A stretch of 64,000 nucleotides of DNA from Macrostomum lignano (Eukaryota): positions 1-64,000 of the forward strand of contig NIVC01000614.1 of the NCBI GenBank assembly GCA_002269645.1, given 5' to 3'. Shown here one piece after another: positions 51,551 to 64,000 of this stretch (position 1 is the first letter of the stretch; the number at the start of each line of letters is the position of its first letter). A program made the position numbers and the translations under genes. The notes under the pieces were generated by a model. It was given only the letters and a program-made list of their open reading frames with translations. It had not been told where the DNA came from and ran no database searches.

Positions 51551-51840
51551 GGCAGTTGTAGCCTATAGTAGTTAGAGGGTCGAAAGGTCGGGAGTTCGAT
51601 TCTCGATCCCACTTGGAATAAATTGTGTCCTTGAGCAAGACACTTACACGTACCTCTGCTTTGCTTCAGTTCACCCAGCTGTAAAATGGGTGCCAGCATT
51701 AGCTGGGGTAACTGAGGGTGTGTGGCGACCCCCCAGTCCTTGGACTGAACAGCCGTACGCAGCCTTCAGATGCGCCGCGCAATAGCTGCGGCAGAGCTGT
51801 CGGTTGCACATCTGGCCATTAGGGCAGGTGTAATTAAATA
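51551..51840 (+). mobile_element. tRNA-derived CORE-SINE
   Basis: A-box-like TAGCCTATAGTAGTT and B-box-like GAGTTCGATTCT, then TGTGTCCTTGAGCAAGACACTTA...CCTCTG...TCAGTT...CTGTAAAATGGG, matching the MIR/CORE domain consensus recalled from knowledge. 3' boundary approximate. Confidence 0.75.
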
Positions 51841-52064
51841 TCACACTGGTGGAAATTAAAAATTATCCACCCTGATCTAGTGAGCCAACTGCAAGTAGTT
51901 ACGCAACTGGCATCCCGCGCGGGGAACGGTATAATTCACTGGCGTTCACTGGTTGTACTATTGTACACAGGGGCATTGCCAAGGATTTTATGGTGAGGGG
52001 ACAAAGCCAAGAATTATACATGTACTTGTACATAACTTTTAGAATGGGTTTTGTCAGCGCTTCA

Positions 52065-52740
52065 TTAGCACCGCAGGCACTCATTTCAGCTCCGCAGGCA
52101 CTCATTTTAGCGCCGCAGGCACTCATTTTAGCGCCGCAGGCACTCATTTTAGCGCCGCAGGCACTCATTTCAGCGTCGCAGGCACTCATTTTAGCGCCGC
52201 AGGCACTCATTTCAGCGTCGCAGGCACTCATTTTAGCACCGCAGGCACTCATTTCAGCTCCGCAGGCACTCATTTTAGCGCCGCAGGCACTCATTTTAGC
52301 GCCGCAGGCACTCATTTTAGCACCGCAGGCACTCATTTCAGCTCCGCAGGCACTCATTTTAGCGCCGCAGGCACTCATTTTAGCGCGGTAGGCACTCATT
52401 TCAGTGTCGCAGGCACTCATTTTAGCACCGCAGGCACTCATTTCAGCTCCGCAGGCACTCATTTCAGCTCCGCAGGCACTCATTTTAGCGCCGCAGGCAC
52501 TCATTTTAGCGCCGCAGGCACTCATTTTAGCGCGGCAGGCATTCATTTTAGCGCCGCAGGCACTCATTTTAGCGCGGCAGGCACTCATTTTAGCGCGGCA
52601 GGCACTCATTTTAGCGCGGTAGGCACTCATTTTAGCGTCGCAGGCTCTCATTTCAGCGCCACAGGCACCCATTTTAGCGTCGCAGGCTCTCATTTCAGCG
52701 CCACAGGCACCCATTTCAGCGCCACAGGCACCCATTTCAG
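52065..52740 (+). repeat. 21-bp minisatellite (GCGCCGCAGGCACTCATTTTA)n, array 3
   Basis: Same family as 21640-22040. Preceded at 51968 by CAGGGGCATTGCCAAG, a diverged copy of the hAT TIR. Confidence 0.96.
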
Positions 52741-53300
52741 AACCCACCTAGCATTTTTACGTGGTAAAGAAAATCAATAAAATCGTTTATTAACTTAGCT
52801 TGAAGATTAGAAATACATGCTTAAATAATTTACCGATGGTTGATTTGATATTCAAAATTTATTTTTTCCGGAAATTTCAAACAAACTTATACTAAATTGC
52901 AAAATACCAATAAATATCCACAGCAGCTACTCACAGTAGCCCAGTAAATGTTTTATCAGTAAATTGATCAAGTAACCATTAAACCTCTATTAACGATAAT
53001 TAGCAAGTCTACTCAAACAAGGTAAACACCTGGCTCTACAGTACATTTTTATTGTTAATCTATAACTAATCGATTTAAAAAACGGTGACAGTCAAAAATA
53101 CAATAAAATATTTTCGTTTATATCAGCAACAGTATGTGTCATTGGTGCTTAACAAAAGTAGTGATAAAATATGTTATTCACAGGTACATAATGCTCCACT
53201 TTTGAACACGATAGAAACACGCATGACTATGCATTCTTATTCTCACGCAGTCTCGACAGTCATTGCGCTATAGACAAGCATTGCAGTGTTCGCAAAGTTC

Positions 53301-53893
53301 TCAGTCTCCCAGCACCAGAACCTCGTATGCCTTGCTCTTGAGCTCGGTTCCGCCGTATGGAAAGTAGGCGCAGCGGTGGCTCTTGTGCACCTTGCCCACG
53401 CACACGGAGCCGTAAACCTTCATGAAGATTAAAGAAAAGCAGCAGTGTTGAACACAATAACTGTATCTGGCTGTTGCAGTTTTCAAGGTGTTTGCTTAAT
53501 TTGCTCAAAATAGCCAGTTTATTTTTATACCTCGCCACGAGCGATGTACAGCGGCTCGGCGTTCTTCTCTCGACCGGCCACCAGCGCCTTCTTCGGTACG
53601 TCGCCGCCCTCCTCCTTCACCCACTTGAAGCCGCTGACGTAGCAGCCGATGTCGGAGCGGACCAGCACCTCGTACTCCGGGATGGAGTGCTCTGTACCCC
53701 AATTGGGCACGCTGGCAGCCGTGCAGCCCTGAGACAGCTGGCCCGGCACCCAGAGGCCGTCCAGCTTGGCTCTGACAACGTAGCAGCCCGGAGCAGCCTC
53801 GACAGCGTTTGGCGGGATGTCACCGTCTTTGGCATGCTGCCACCTGACGCAGATCTCGATGCCCTTGTGTCCGGCGTGCTTCACCTTGCTCAT
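53301..53893 (-). CDS. DM9-repeat protein, 159 aa, copy 1
   Basis: Exons 53893-53531 and 53417-53301, 113-nt intron. Two DM9-type repeats: W....G.IPPNAV...YVVRA...VPG...P..G.E....YEVLV and W....GG.VP..A..AGRE....LYIARG...VGKV......YFPYGG.E....YEVLV. Confidence 0.88.
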
Positions 53894-54374
53894 TGTGCGT
53901 TGCCTGAGTGTTTGCGGAATGATAATTGACTCTTGAGTGAGCTGTTGAAGTGTGTGAGCTTTCGGAGTGAACTGCTGCTGCTTAAATAGACAGGGCAGAG
54001 CTCACCTGACTGGCACGTCACGGTAATGACTAAAAAGTGTGACAACGTGCAATTCGTTAAATTGTCTTTTTACATTTCGGTTATCACATTCATTTCGGCT
54101 TTTTATTTACTTGCAGGACCTCGTGCACGCTGCTATAATGGCAGTGCAGCGTGAGATATCTTTTAGAATTCAGAGCAACCAGGCACTTTTTCTCACAAAT
54201 GCGTAAACTCAAATTCGAGAAAGCTTCTCATCATGGACGCTTTATTATTCAATCCGGACACAGCCCATAACGAGATTTATGAGAATTAGACCGAGTTTGG
54301 TTTGAAACTGAACATCACTGAAATTCTGTCCACTGGCAAGCTTTATTAGCCATGAAGAAGGGGCCAGCGTGTTG

Positions 54375-55610
54375 GGATGAGAATGAGATTATCAGGAATG
54401 AGATTATCAGGAATGAGATTATCAGGGATCAGATTATCAGGGACCAGATTATCAGGAATGAGATTATCAGGGATCAGATTATCAGGGATCAGATTATCAG
54501 GGATCAGATTATCAGGGATCAGATTATCAGGGATCAGATTATCAGGGATCAGATTATCAGGGATCAGATTATCAGGGATCAGATTATCAGGGATCAGATT
54601 ATCAGGAATGAGATTATCAGGGATCAGATTATCAGGGATCAGATTATCAGGGATCAGATTATCAGGGACCAGATTATCAGGAATGAGATTATCAGGGATC
54701 AGATTATCAGGGATCAGATTATCAGGGATCAGATTATCAGGGATCAGATTATCAGGGATCAGATTATCAGGGATCAGATTATCAGGGATCAGATTATCAG
54801 GGATCAGATTATCAGGGATCAGATTATCAGGAATGAGATTATCAGGGATCAGATTATCAGGGATCAGATTATCAGGGATCAGATTATCAGGGACCAGATT
54901 ATCAGGAATGAGATTATCAGGGATCAGATTATCAGGGATCAGATTATCAAGGATCAGATTATCAGGAATGAGATTATCAGGGATCAGATTATCAGGGATC
55001 AGATTATCAGGGATCAGATTATCAGGGATCAGATTATCAGGGATCAGATTATCAGGGATCAGATTATCAGGGATCAGATTATCAGGGATCTGATTATCAG
55101 GGATCAGATTATCAGGGATCAGATTATCAGGGATCAGATTATCAGGGATCAGATTATCAGGGATCAGATTATCAGGGATCAGATTATCAGGGATCAGATT
55201 ATCAGGGATCAGATTATCAGGGATCAGATTATCAGGGATCAGATTATCAGGGATCAGATTATCAGGGATCAGATTATCAGGGATCAGATTATCAGGGATC
55301 AGATTATCAGGGATCAGATTATCAGGGATCAGATTATCAGGGATCAGATTATCAGGGATCAGATTATCAGGGATCAGATTATCAGGGATCAGATTATCAT
55401 GGATCAGATTATCAGGGATCAGATTATCAGGGATCAGATTATCAGGGATCTGATTATCATGGATCAGATTATCAGGGATCAGATTATCAGGGATCAGATT
55501 ATCAGGGATCTGATTATCATGGATGAGGGCATCAGGGATTAGATTATCAGGGATGGGATTATCAACGATGAGACAATCAGCGATGAGATTATCAGAGATA
55601 CTATTCTCAG
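54375..55610. repeat. 15-bp satellite (ATCAGGGATCAGATT)n, ~80 copies, between the two DM9 genes
   Basis: Visible; source of the DQIIR / IRLSG pseudo-ORFs. Confidence 0.97.
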
Positions 55611-55980
55611 TGAAACTATAATCTCAGGGTTCAGGCAATTGCTGATGGAACTCCAGAAATGAAATTTAATTAAAGACTAAGACTAGAATAAATTTCTTTG
55701 TTGAATAAAAATGACTGCGATTCCTAGCACAGCATCTCCAACAAAAGAACCTGAATGAAGGATGTAATAATTGTATAAATTGCGTAATAAAAGTAGTGTA
55801 ATAAAAGTGCTTTTGAATGCCACGTTGTCACACTTTTTAGTCATTACCGTGACGTGCCAGTCAGGTGAGCTCTGCCCTGTCTATTTAAGCAGCAGCAGTT
55901 CACTCCGAAAGCTCACATGCACACTTCAACAGCTCACTCAAGAGTCAATTATCATTCCGCAAACACTCAGGCAACGCACA

Positions 55981-56571
55981 ATGAGCAAGGTGAAGCACGC
56001 CGGACACAAGGGCATCGAGATCTGCGTCAGCTGGCAGCATGCCAAAGACGGTGACATCCCGCCAAATGCTGTCGAGGCTGCTCCGGGCTGCTACGTTGTC
56101 AGAGCCAAGCTGGACGGCCTCTGGGTGCCGGGCCAGCTGTCTCAGGGCTGCACGGCTGCCAGCGTGCCCAATTGGGGTACAGAGCACTCCATCCCGGAGT
56201 ACGAGGTGCTGGTCCGCTCCGACATCGGCTGCTACGGCAGCGGCTTCAAGTGGGTGAAGGAGGAGGGCGGCGACGTACCGAAGAAGGCGCTGGTGGCCGG
56301 TCGAGAGAAGAACGCCGAGCCGCTGTACATCGCTCGTGGCGAGGTATAAAAACAAACTGGCTATTTTGAGCAAATTAAGCAAACACCTTGAACTGCAACA
56401 GCCAGATACAGTTATTGTGTTCAACACTGCTGCTTTTCTTTAATCTTCATGAAGGTTTACGGCTCCGTGTGCGTGGGCAAGGTGCACAAGAGCCACCGCT
56501 GCGCCTACTTTCCATACGGCGGAACCGAGCTCAAGGGCAAGGCATACGAGGTTCTGGTGCTGGGAGACTGA
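55981..56571 (+). CDS. DM9-repeat protein, 159 aa, copy 2 (inverted duplicate)
   Basis: Exons 55981-56343 and 56455-56571, 111-nt intron. Differs from copy 1 at three residues seen (R17S, V86G, and LKSK to LKGK). Confidence 0.88.
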
Positions 56572-58278
56572 GAACTTTGCGAACACTGCCAGCAGCCAGA
56601 CTACTTACATATCATGTAGCATGACTGTCGAGACTACTACTTGATTACAGAGCTATTGTTTTTTTGAATATGCGTCATTTCCTATTTTCGTACAGTGCAT
56701 GATACGCACATGTACAAACATGTATGTATTGATAATTCGAGTACTGCAATATACTATACCGTATACAGTATATACCTTACGGATGCAGGTGCATAAATTT
56801 ATTATATTAAGATTTTAGTTCAAAAAATGTCTATAAACTCATAGTTATGAATGAATGTGAAACAATAAAATTTAATTTGAAAAACGTGGCAAATTTGATC
56901 GGCGTTTTTTTTTCATATGCAACACTACTAAGTACTAGGTTGAATTGTTACATATGTACATGTATTTGGACCCCCGCCAGTCAAACGTGTGCATTAATTT
57001 ATACAGATGTTCAGTTATGTTTTATTCCTTAAAAATTGTTATCGGTGGTGTTGAAAGCGGCTGCTAGAAATTACATTTGTAAAGTAATACTATTTTAAGG
57101 CAGAAGAAAGAAAGTGCCAACATTTAAGCCATGTTAGATGTTACAAGTCAAAGATAGCTAGTGTTTCTATTCTGCTGCTTGTGCTAAAAAATATTAGTGT
57201 ACTTTTTTATTTTTTTATTTTTAATTTGTTTATACTGTATATAGTTTTAGAATTTTAGTAAAATTGCTATTTTTAGTTATAGTTTTTATATAGTAAGCGT
57301 AACCTCGGAAAATTTTTGCCCTTTCTTAGAAGCCAGCTGCTTCAGCCAGCCCTTCAGCCCAAGACGGCTTACCGATCATTTAATTTTGAATATTTGGCGA
57401 TCTTGCTCAATATGTGAATTAGTAGCTCTTAATGAGTAGCAGGACATGAATGCAAAATGGGGTTTTCTGAAGTTTAATCTAATAAAACTACGCTCTAGGA
57501 ACAACAGCTATGATTTGCTGAATTAGCCTAGTACCAGGTTCTATTTCAGAATTTCTAGGATGCGATTAGGAACGACATGGTAGGCCTATTATATTAGTTA
57601 GCAGCCCTATTGCATAAAAAACCTAAAAAAACTAGCCGGGTGTTTTTCGCTGACGCTAGGATGCAAAATCGCATTCAGGGTCTTAGTCTAATTTGAGGGT
57701 ATGTTTTATCAAAATCAGGATGCTAGGCCTATCTAGACTATAGGCCTACTAAGGGGCCTGCTCATTCCTACAGGCTACACCTATTGCACTTGCACAAAAA
57801 ATAGAAGCATAGAACCTTCCTTTGTCCTTGGTTAGATTTTTCATTGGTATTGATTTCATTCATTCTATTTCCATTATTGCTAGACATGCTAGGCTAGGAG
57901 AAGCCTAATATTAATAATACACCTTTTAAACAGAAACTTAAAGTTTATACAGTGGCATAGGCATTTGTTTAGCATGTCATAATATAATGACAATATGAGT
58001 ATAATGCTATTATTATTCATAATGATAGAATGCATTTAAATTGAAGAAATTAAATTAAAGTCTTATGAAATTTGAATTATGTCCTTAAGACATAGGGCTA
58101 GGCCACTTACTTACTTAGCTCTTAGTTGCAGGGCTATCCCGGATAGGCCTAGGCCAAGAACAACATTGAACATTATTCCTTTGAAAGTTGTATTGTTAAT
58201 TTTTATTAATATTATATACAAGAAGTCCCAAGACCTAATTTCAAAACAAAAAGACATAAAACTATATAAAACTATATA

Positions 58279-59342
58279 GGCATTCTTTCGGATGACGATC
58301 ACCTGAAAAGTGACGATCACCAATGTAAAAGTTCTAGGTAATTGAAATTGAAAGTAAGAAAGCGAGTCAAACAAATTGTCCAGAAATTAAAAAACCCAAC
58401 ATTGGGGCTATCAGTTGTGAATTGTGTATTTCGTAGTAACCGCCACGTGTATTAAATCAATTTTGGATAGAATGATCGTCTTCCAAAACTACAGCTTGGC
58501 AATTCTAGAAAAAAATTAGTGTCTCAAAGTTTAACATCTAGTGAACGTAAGTCAGTTTTGGAAGACGATCATTTTAATATGAAGGTAGCCTTGAAATGAT
58601 CGCGTTCCGAAAATACAGAGTTTTTATTGTCTTAAGAGCAGTAATCATTGAATGAAGTGGCCCCATTGCACGGCTGCCTCTGCTTCAATGCTGTACATGA
58701 CGCGCAGTGAACTGTGGGTTATAATATGGATGCACTCCCCCTCAGTTTCGGAAGGCGATCATTCTTAATGTAATTTGTACATTGTAATGATCGTCAACCA
58801 AAAGTACATGGCTTACCTTTGCGGAGTGTTTAGAAGATAACCAAGGCAGTACCCAATGATGTCCATTGGATTCAGTTTAGAATTCTCAAAAAAAGTTCCC
58901 CTTCTAATGGAGACTATTTTTTCATGTGCTCCAAATGGCGAACCAGCTCCCTTCTTGCACCAGAACACGACACCGTCTGTTGAGCATGCCATAGTGAGTG
59001 CTACTGAAATATGAGAAAGAAAAGCTGTAGTTTCGGATCACGATCATTTGTATTCAAAAGTATCATTGAAATGATTGCATTCCGAAACTGATTATATACA
59101 CGTCCATGACAGAAATAATGCTATTGATGTTGCTGGTTTTAAATTGGAAAGTTTCTCTGTTTTTCTGTAGTTTCGGATCGCGATCCTTTCTATTCAAAAC
59201 TTATATTGAAATGATCACCTTCCGAAACTAATTATATAGTTGCCGTTTTACCATGATTTCTACAGCACAGTATACCATTTTCATAGGTGATCGTCAACCG
59301 AAACTTGTAAGAAATGGAATGATCGTCATCCGAAAGAATGCC
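58279..59342. mobile_element. Non-autonomous Mutator (MULE)-type element, 1064 bp
   Basis: Perfect 23-bp TIRs GGCATTCTTTCGGATGACGATCA (58279-58301) and its reverse complement (59320-59342). 9-bp TSD AACTATATA at 58270-58278 and 59343-59351. Superfamily inferred from the 9-bp TSD and G-terminal TIR. Confidence 0.85.
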
Positions 59343-62252
59343 AACTATATAAAAATACTAGGCCTATATTAGGGAGTCCAGTGAGATTTTGATTTTTTTA
59401 ATTTGTCCTCCTTTTTGATATCATATAATAGAAATTTGTTGTATAAGTAAAATGACTCCTTACTTTTGAATTTTTGTCAAGTAATAAAAAAGTTATAGCA
59501 CTTTTAGTGTCATTTTTTGACACTTCTGTAATGCAATTTTCCTATAAGGCAATGTGATCATTTTTGCTCAAAAGGTCTGATTTTCTGAATTATAGATGAC
59601 ATAACTTTTGAAATATTCAATGGATTTTCATTCCTTATATGTTATTTTTTAGCATTTTTCTTGTAGATTATTTTGCATTAATGCTTTGCAAAATACCACT
59701 AATAGTTTTTCTTTTATTCTCAAACTAATAATATGCCATATATGGAATTTTAATCATTACACCATAATTAAGCCACTTTTGTCCTTATATAGATCATCCA
59801 AATGTAATACCAAGCCAATTCAGCTGGTTGGCAAGGAGCCCAGCCAAGGTAAGCTACAAAAATGCACATTCAAAACATTTTAAAAGTAGTACTAATTAGC
59901 TGTCGAGGCATTTAGCCCTTATAATGCAGCTAGTTACTCCTGCCATTTACCCAAACATTACATTAGCTTTGCCTATGCTTCTTTTATAGTTAAGTTGCTT
60001 TTTTGATCAAAAAGTAAGTTTACAACCAGTGTATTTATGTATATGCATGCTTATATGCACATATAATGTCCAATGCAATGAAACTTGATAGTAAAATTAA
60101 ATCAACTTGACTAATAAGATGACGAGTCACTTTCCTATAAAACAGTGTTGATAGTTACTCCTGCCGTTTACCCAAAACATTGGTGCTATTACTAGAGTTG
60201 CAGGAAGAGCTGGCAATGAAATAATTGTTTCATCTTGTTTGTATGCCAGTTTAGATGATAAAACAGAAGAAAAAAACACCATTGATGCAAACTTGTAAAA
60301 ATTGCATGTCATTTTCTATTTTAAATGACAGTTTATGTGTATTTTGGCTCCAACTTTGCATTAATATTGTGTAAATGTGGGAATACATATGAACAAGCAG
60401 TTTTCTACATTGGAAACTATGTGACTAGTATAATAGAAAGTATCATTCAAAAGTTATATCAATGGTTTTTCAAAAGACAAAAGCTCAAAAACAAAATTTT
60501 TCTGGCCTCTTATAGGGGTATATGAAAAAATTTTCTTCCATTAAGGAACCATTTTTTATTTAAGGCAAGGGTCCTTTGTGCACCTTGGTGCACTTTAAGT
60601 GATTTTTTTTCAGTTTTTTGTAGTCAAATATGTTTATATTCTATTGTGTTTACTACCTTGTGTTATATTCCTTTAATTTTGCAATGATTTTCAATTTTCT
60701 AGAACTGAAGTATATATTTTTCCTGTTTTTTGGCTTCATTTTATAAATTAAGTACAAAATGTATTAAGTTTGACCAAGTGTAACTTTTTTATACTTGCAC
60801 AATTTAAACAATTAGACACTTACCAGAAAGTAGCATTCACCAACTTTTTAGTTTATATTGTGGCTTCTTTATACTGTTTATAGTTTTTATTTTATTCAGT
60901 TTTAAAGTTGATACCTTTTTATATTTTTATAATTTTTATAATTTTTCCCACCTTGTATATAGCTCACGGGATTCACTACCAATATATATATATTAATGTA
61001 TATAAAACTAAGCCAAAAATTTGAACATTTCATTATCCCTTTAGACTAGTTAGTATATGCTTATTAAAATAATAAAGTAACTGGAACTAAAATAGACATC
61101 CTAGATAGTAAAATAGCAGATGACAAAATGACTAGGAACCTATGATTTTTAATAAATAACACCATTTTAGCATCAGTTAGTATATTAATTTTAACATTAA
61201 TATTAGTTATTGGTGCCCTTGAAAGTCTATTAGATAGGTTTTTGGTATTAGGCCTATCTTTGCTTAATAGGCCTTAGTCAAACAATAAACAATTCATCAC
61301 CATTATAGTTATACCAATATATCCCCATATTGTTAAATTTTTTATCTAAAAACTATGCCAATGTATTCTAAGTTGGCAAAGCCCACTCATAAATTCATTA
61401 GATATATTATATATCTTTGCTTAGTTTAATAATTTAATGACAGTAACTAACAATCAGCAAAAATTATATACTTGTAATAATATTTTTATTGCTTTTTATA
61501 ACAAAACAAAGATATAAGTATAAAGTTTCTCTATTTTGTTAATATGTAGGCCTACATTAAAAAATAAATTAGATATCAAATATTTATTAACAGATGTCTT
61601 CTATGTTTATAATTGATTTCCTAGGTTTATTAGTGATCTTTCAAGTTTATTAATGGTCTCTTCAGTTTATTAGTAATCTTCTAGGTTTATTTGTCATTTC
61701 CTAGGCTTGTTAGTGATCTCCTAGGTTTATGTATGATTTTCTAACTCCAATTTTTATTTCATAAGTAGAGTTCAATACCTAATTTATATCACATTGAGAT
61801 TAACAAATATGCTTTTAAGTTGCTATATAAAAAGTACCAAAATTTTGTTTTTTTCTATACAAGTCTTAAGATTTATAAATAAACATAAATTCCTAAGTTG
61901 CAACAAATTGAATAATTACTCAATATGCAAATAGAAGTGTAGACTTGATAAATTGACTTAATTCAACAAAATCTTACTATAATATGTTATTTTTTTACAA
62001 AGTATAGAATAAAAACTACTACAATTATTTTATAATGTATAAGTCTGCTTCTGGGACCTACTGTATAATTTTCAAAATAATTCATCTGTTGCTTTATATG
62101 AATTATTGTTATTACCAAGCTAACATCAGACAGGACAAAAATAGTTTTGCTTAAATTTTAAACCTAAATATTCTATAAGTTTAAATTATAAATTAAATAA
62201 TTCAATTTCATGACTTGATAACACTAATTGCAATCAATTAAAAAGTGCAAAC

Positions 62253-63774
62253 ATGTCCAACAATGACAGCAGCAGTGACAGCAGTAGCAGCTCAAATGAC
62301 AGTGGAGGCCCAATCATTGCTGACCCTGTCCCATCTGAGCAGCCTGAGCAGCAGCAGCAACAGCCACCGCCACTGCCGCCTCCGCAGCCTCTGCTTGCCG
62401 ACAGTTCCAGCGACAGCAATGATAGCAAAAGCAGCAAAAGCAGCAATGACAATGAAAAAGACGATCAGCCAGAGGACAAGCCAGCTGGCGACAATCTGCA
62501 TCAGACAATATTTGGGGACGATTTGAGTAGCGAAGAATCTGCTGATGAGGTTGAGGCTGCTCAAAACAATGATGATGATGATAGTAATCTGCCCAGCAAC
62601 AAGGAAGCTGGAATGTCCGGCGTTGCTGCTTCTAGAACTAGAATGGTCTCTTCTAGTTCTTCTAGTTCCACGGCTTCTAACGATGAAGCCGAAAAGAAAC
62701 AGGCCTCATCATCTGTGCCAGCTTTCCAAGAAGAGAATGACACTGAAGCCAGGAATGAGGAAGCTGGAGATCGTGATGAAGAAGAGGAAGGGGAAGAAGA
62801 AGACGCCCAACCTGTGGAGTCGCGGATTAACGTAGATTTTCCGCTAATCCGGGCCGATCTGGGCAAGGAAATCTACTTTGTGAAGATGCCCAATTTCCTC
62901 ACCGTGGACACCAGACCTTTCGACCCCGCCACCTACGAGGATGCCCTGGACGAGGAGGACGTGGTGGACGAAGAGGGCCGACATCGGTTGCGCCTGCGAG
63001 TGGAGAATACTATTCGGTGAGCTGCTGAGATTTCCAGATCCTTAGTTGCTGAGCCAGCCTCTCGGATCCTCAGTTGCTGGGCCAACACCTTCCCAGATTC
63101 TCAGTTGCTGGGCCAGCCTCCCAGATTCTCAGTTGCTGGGCCAGCCTCCCAGATCCTCAGTTGCTGGGCCAGCCTCCCAGATCCTCAGTTGCTGGTCCAC
63201 CAGCCTCCCAGATCCTCAGTTGCTGTGCCAGCCTCTAAGATTCTCAGTTGCTGGGCCAGCCTCTAAGATTCTCAGTTGCTGGGTCAGCCTTATAGATCCA
63301 TATTAATATTACTTACAGTAGTTATAAAATACACTAGTTTAAATCGAATGAAGTAAAATTTTTATTTACATTAAACTTTCTCTAGTTAAAATTGTTTTAC
63401 AATACCCATCGGACTTACTGTAATAATCTTGCTGCGTAATGTTTATAAACTTCAGCTGGCGCGTTGCCAAGGACGCTGAGGGTCGCGAGCTGACGGACGA
63501 GGCCGGCCAGCCGCTTCGCGAGAGCAACGCCAAGATGGTGCGCTGGTCCGACGGCAGCCTGTCGCTGCATTTGGGCGCCGAGATTTTCGACGTTCATTCA
63601 ATGGACACGACCGCCGATTTCAATCACCTGTTTATCAGGCAGGGCTCCGGCCTGCAGGGCCAGGCGGTGTTCCGCCGGAAACTGGTCTTCCGCCCACACA
63701 GCACCGCCTCCGCCACGCATAAGAAAATTACCAGGTCTCTGGCAGATAAGAGCAGCAAGCAGCACACCGTAAAG
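62253..63774 (+). CDS. LEO1: LEO1, PAF1 complex subunit (5' part; gene continues beyond the window)
   Basis: Exons 62253-63016 and 63456-63774 (CG|C junction gives ENTIR-WR). Acidic Ser/Asp N-terminus, then [24 protein letters not shown]...DEEGR.RL.L.VENTIRWR...ESNAK.V.WSDGS.SLHLG.E.FDV...[28 protein letters not shown], matching the LEO1 domain. Confidence 0.95.
63022..63292 (-). repeat. 28-bp minisatellite in LEO1 intron 1, same family as 35905-36728
   Basis: AGATCCTCAGTTGCTGGGCCAGCCTCCC units are the reverse complement of the 35.9-kb array. Confidence 0.93.
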
Positions 63775-63794
63775 GTAAGCGCGAATTGATTGTT

Positions 63795-64000
<206 letters not shown>

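Overview
Eukaryotic (animal) genomic DNA: GC-rich spliced exons sit in AT-rich, very repeat-rich intergenic and intronic DNA. The gene content and repeat style suggest a free-living flatworm such as Macrostomum (inference only). Host genes reconstructed by hand with GT-AG introns: two tandem secreted PAN/apple + F-type-lectin-domain genes (minus), two tandem 4-exon alkaline phosphatases with GPI-like tails (minus), a 4-exon RNF38/RNF44-type RING E3 (minus), two head-to-head DM9-repeat genes in an inverted duplication, and the 5' part of LEO1 (plus). Mobile DNA: a decayed piggyBac fused to a 5.3-kb decamer satellite, and a full-length LOA-type non-LTR retrotransposon (APE-RT-RNase H, 13-bp TSD) inserted just upstream of a minimal hammerhead ribozyme motif. 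Also a hAT-type MITE carrying a 21-bp minisatellite, a tRNA-derived CORE-SINE, a 1.06-kb Mutator-type element (9-bp TSD) built from repeated palindromic modules, and an unclassified ~1.5-kb element present twice. About 20 tandem-repeat arrays account for most long ORFs in the track; these are not genes.
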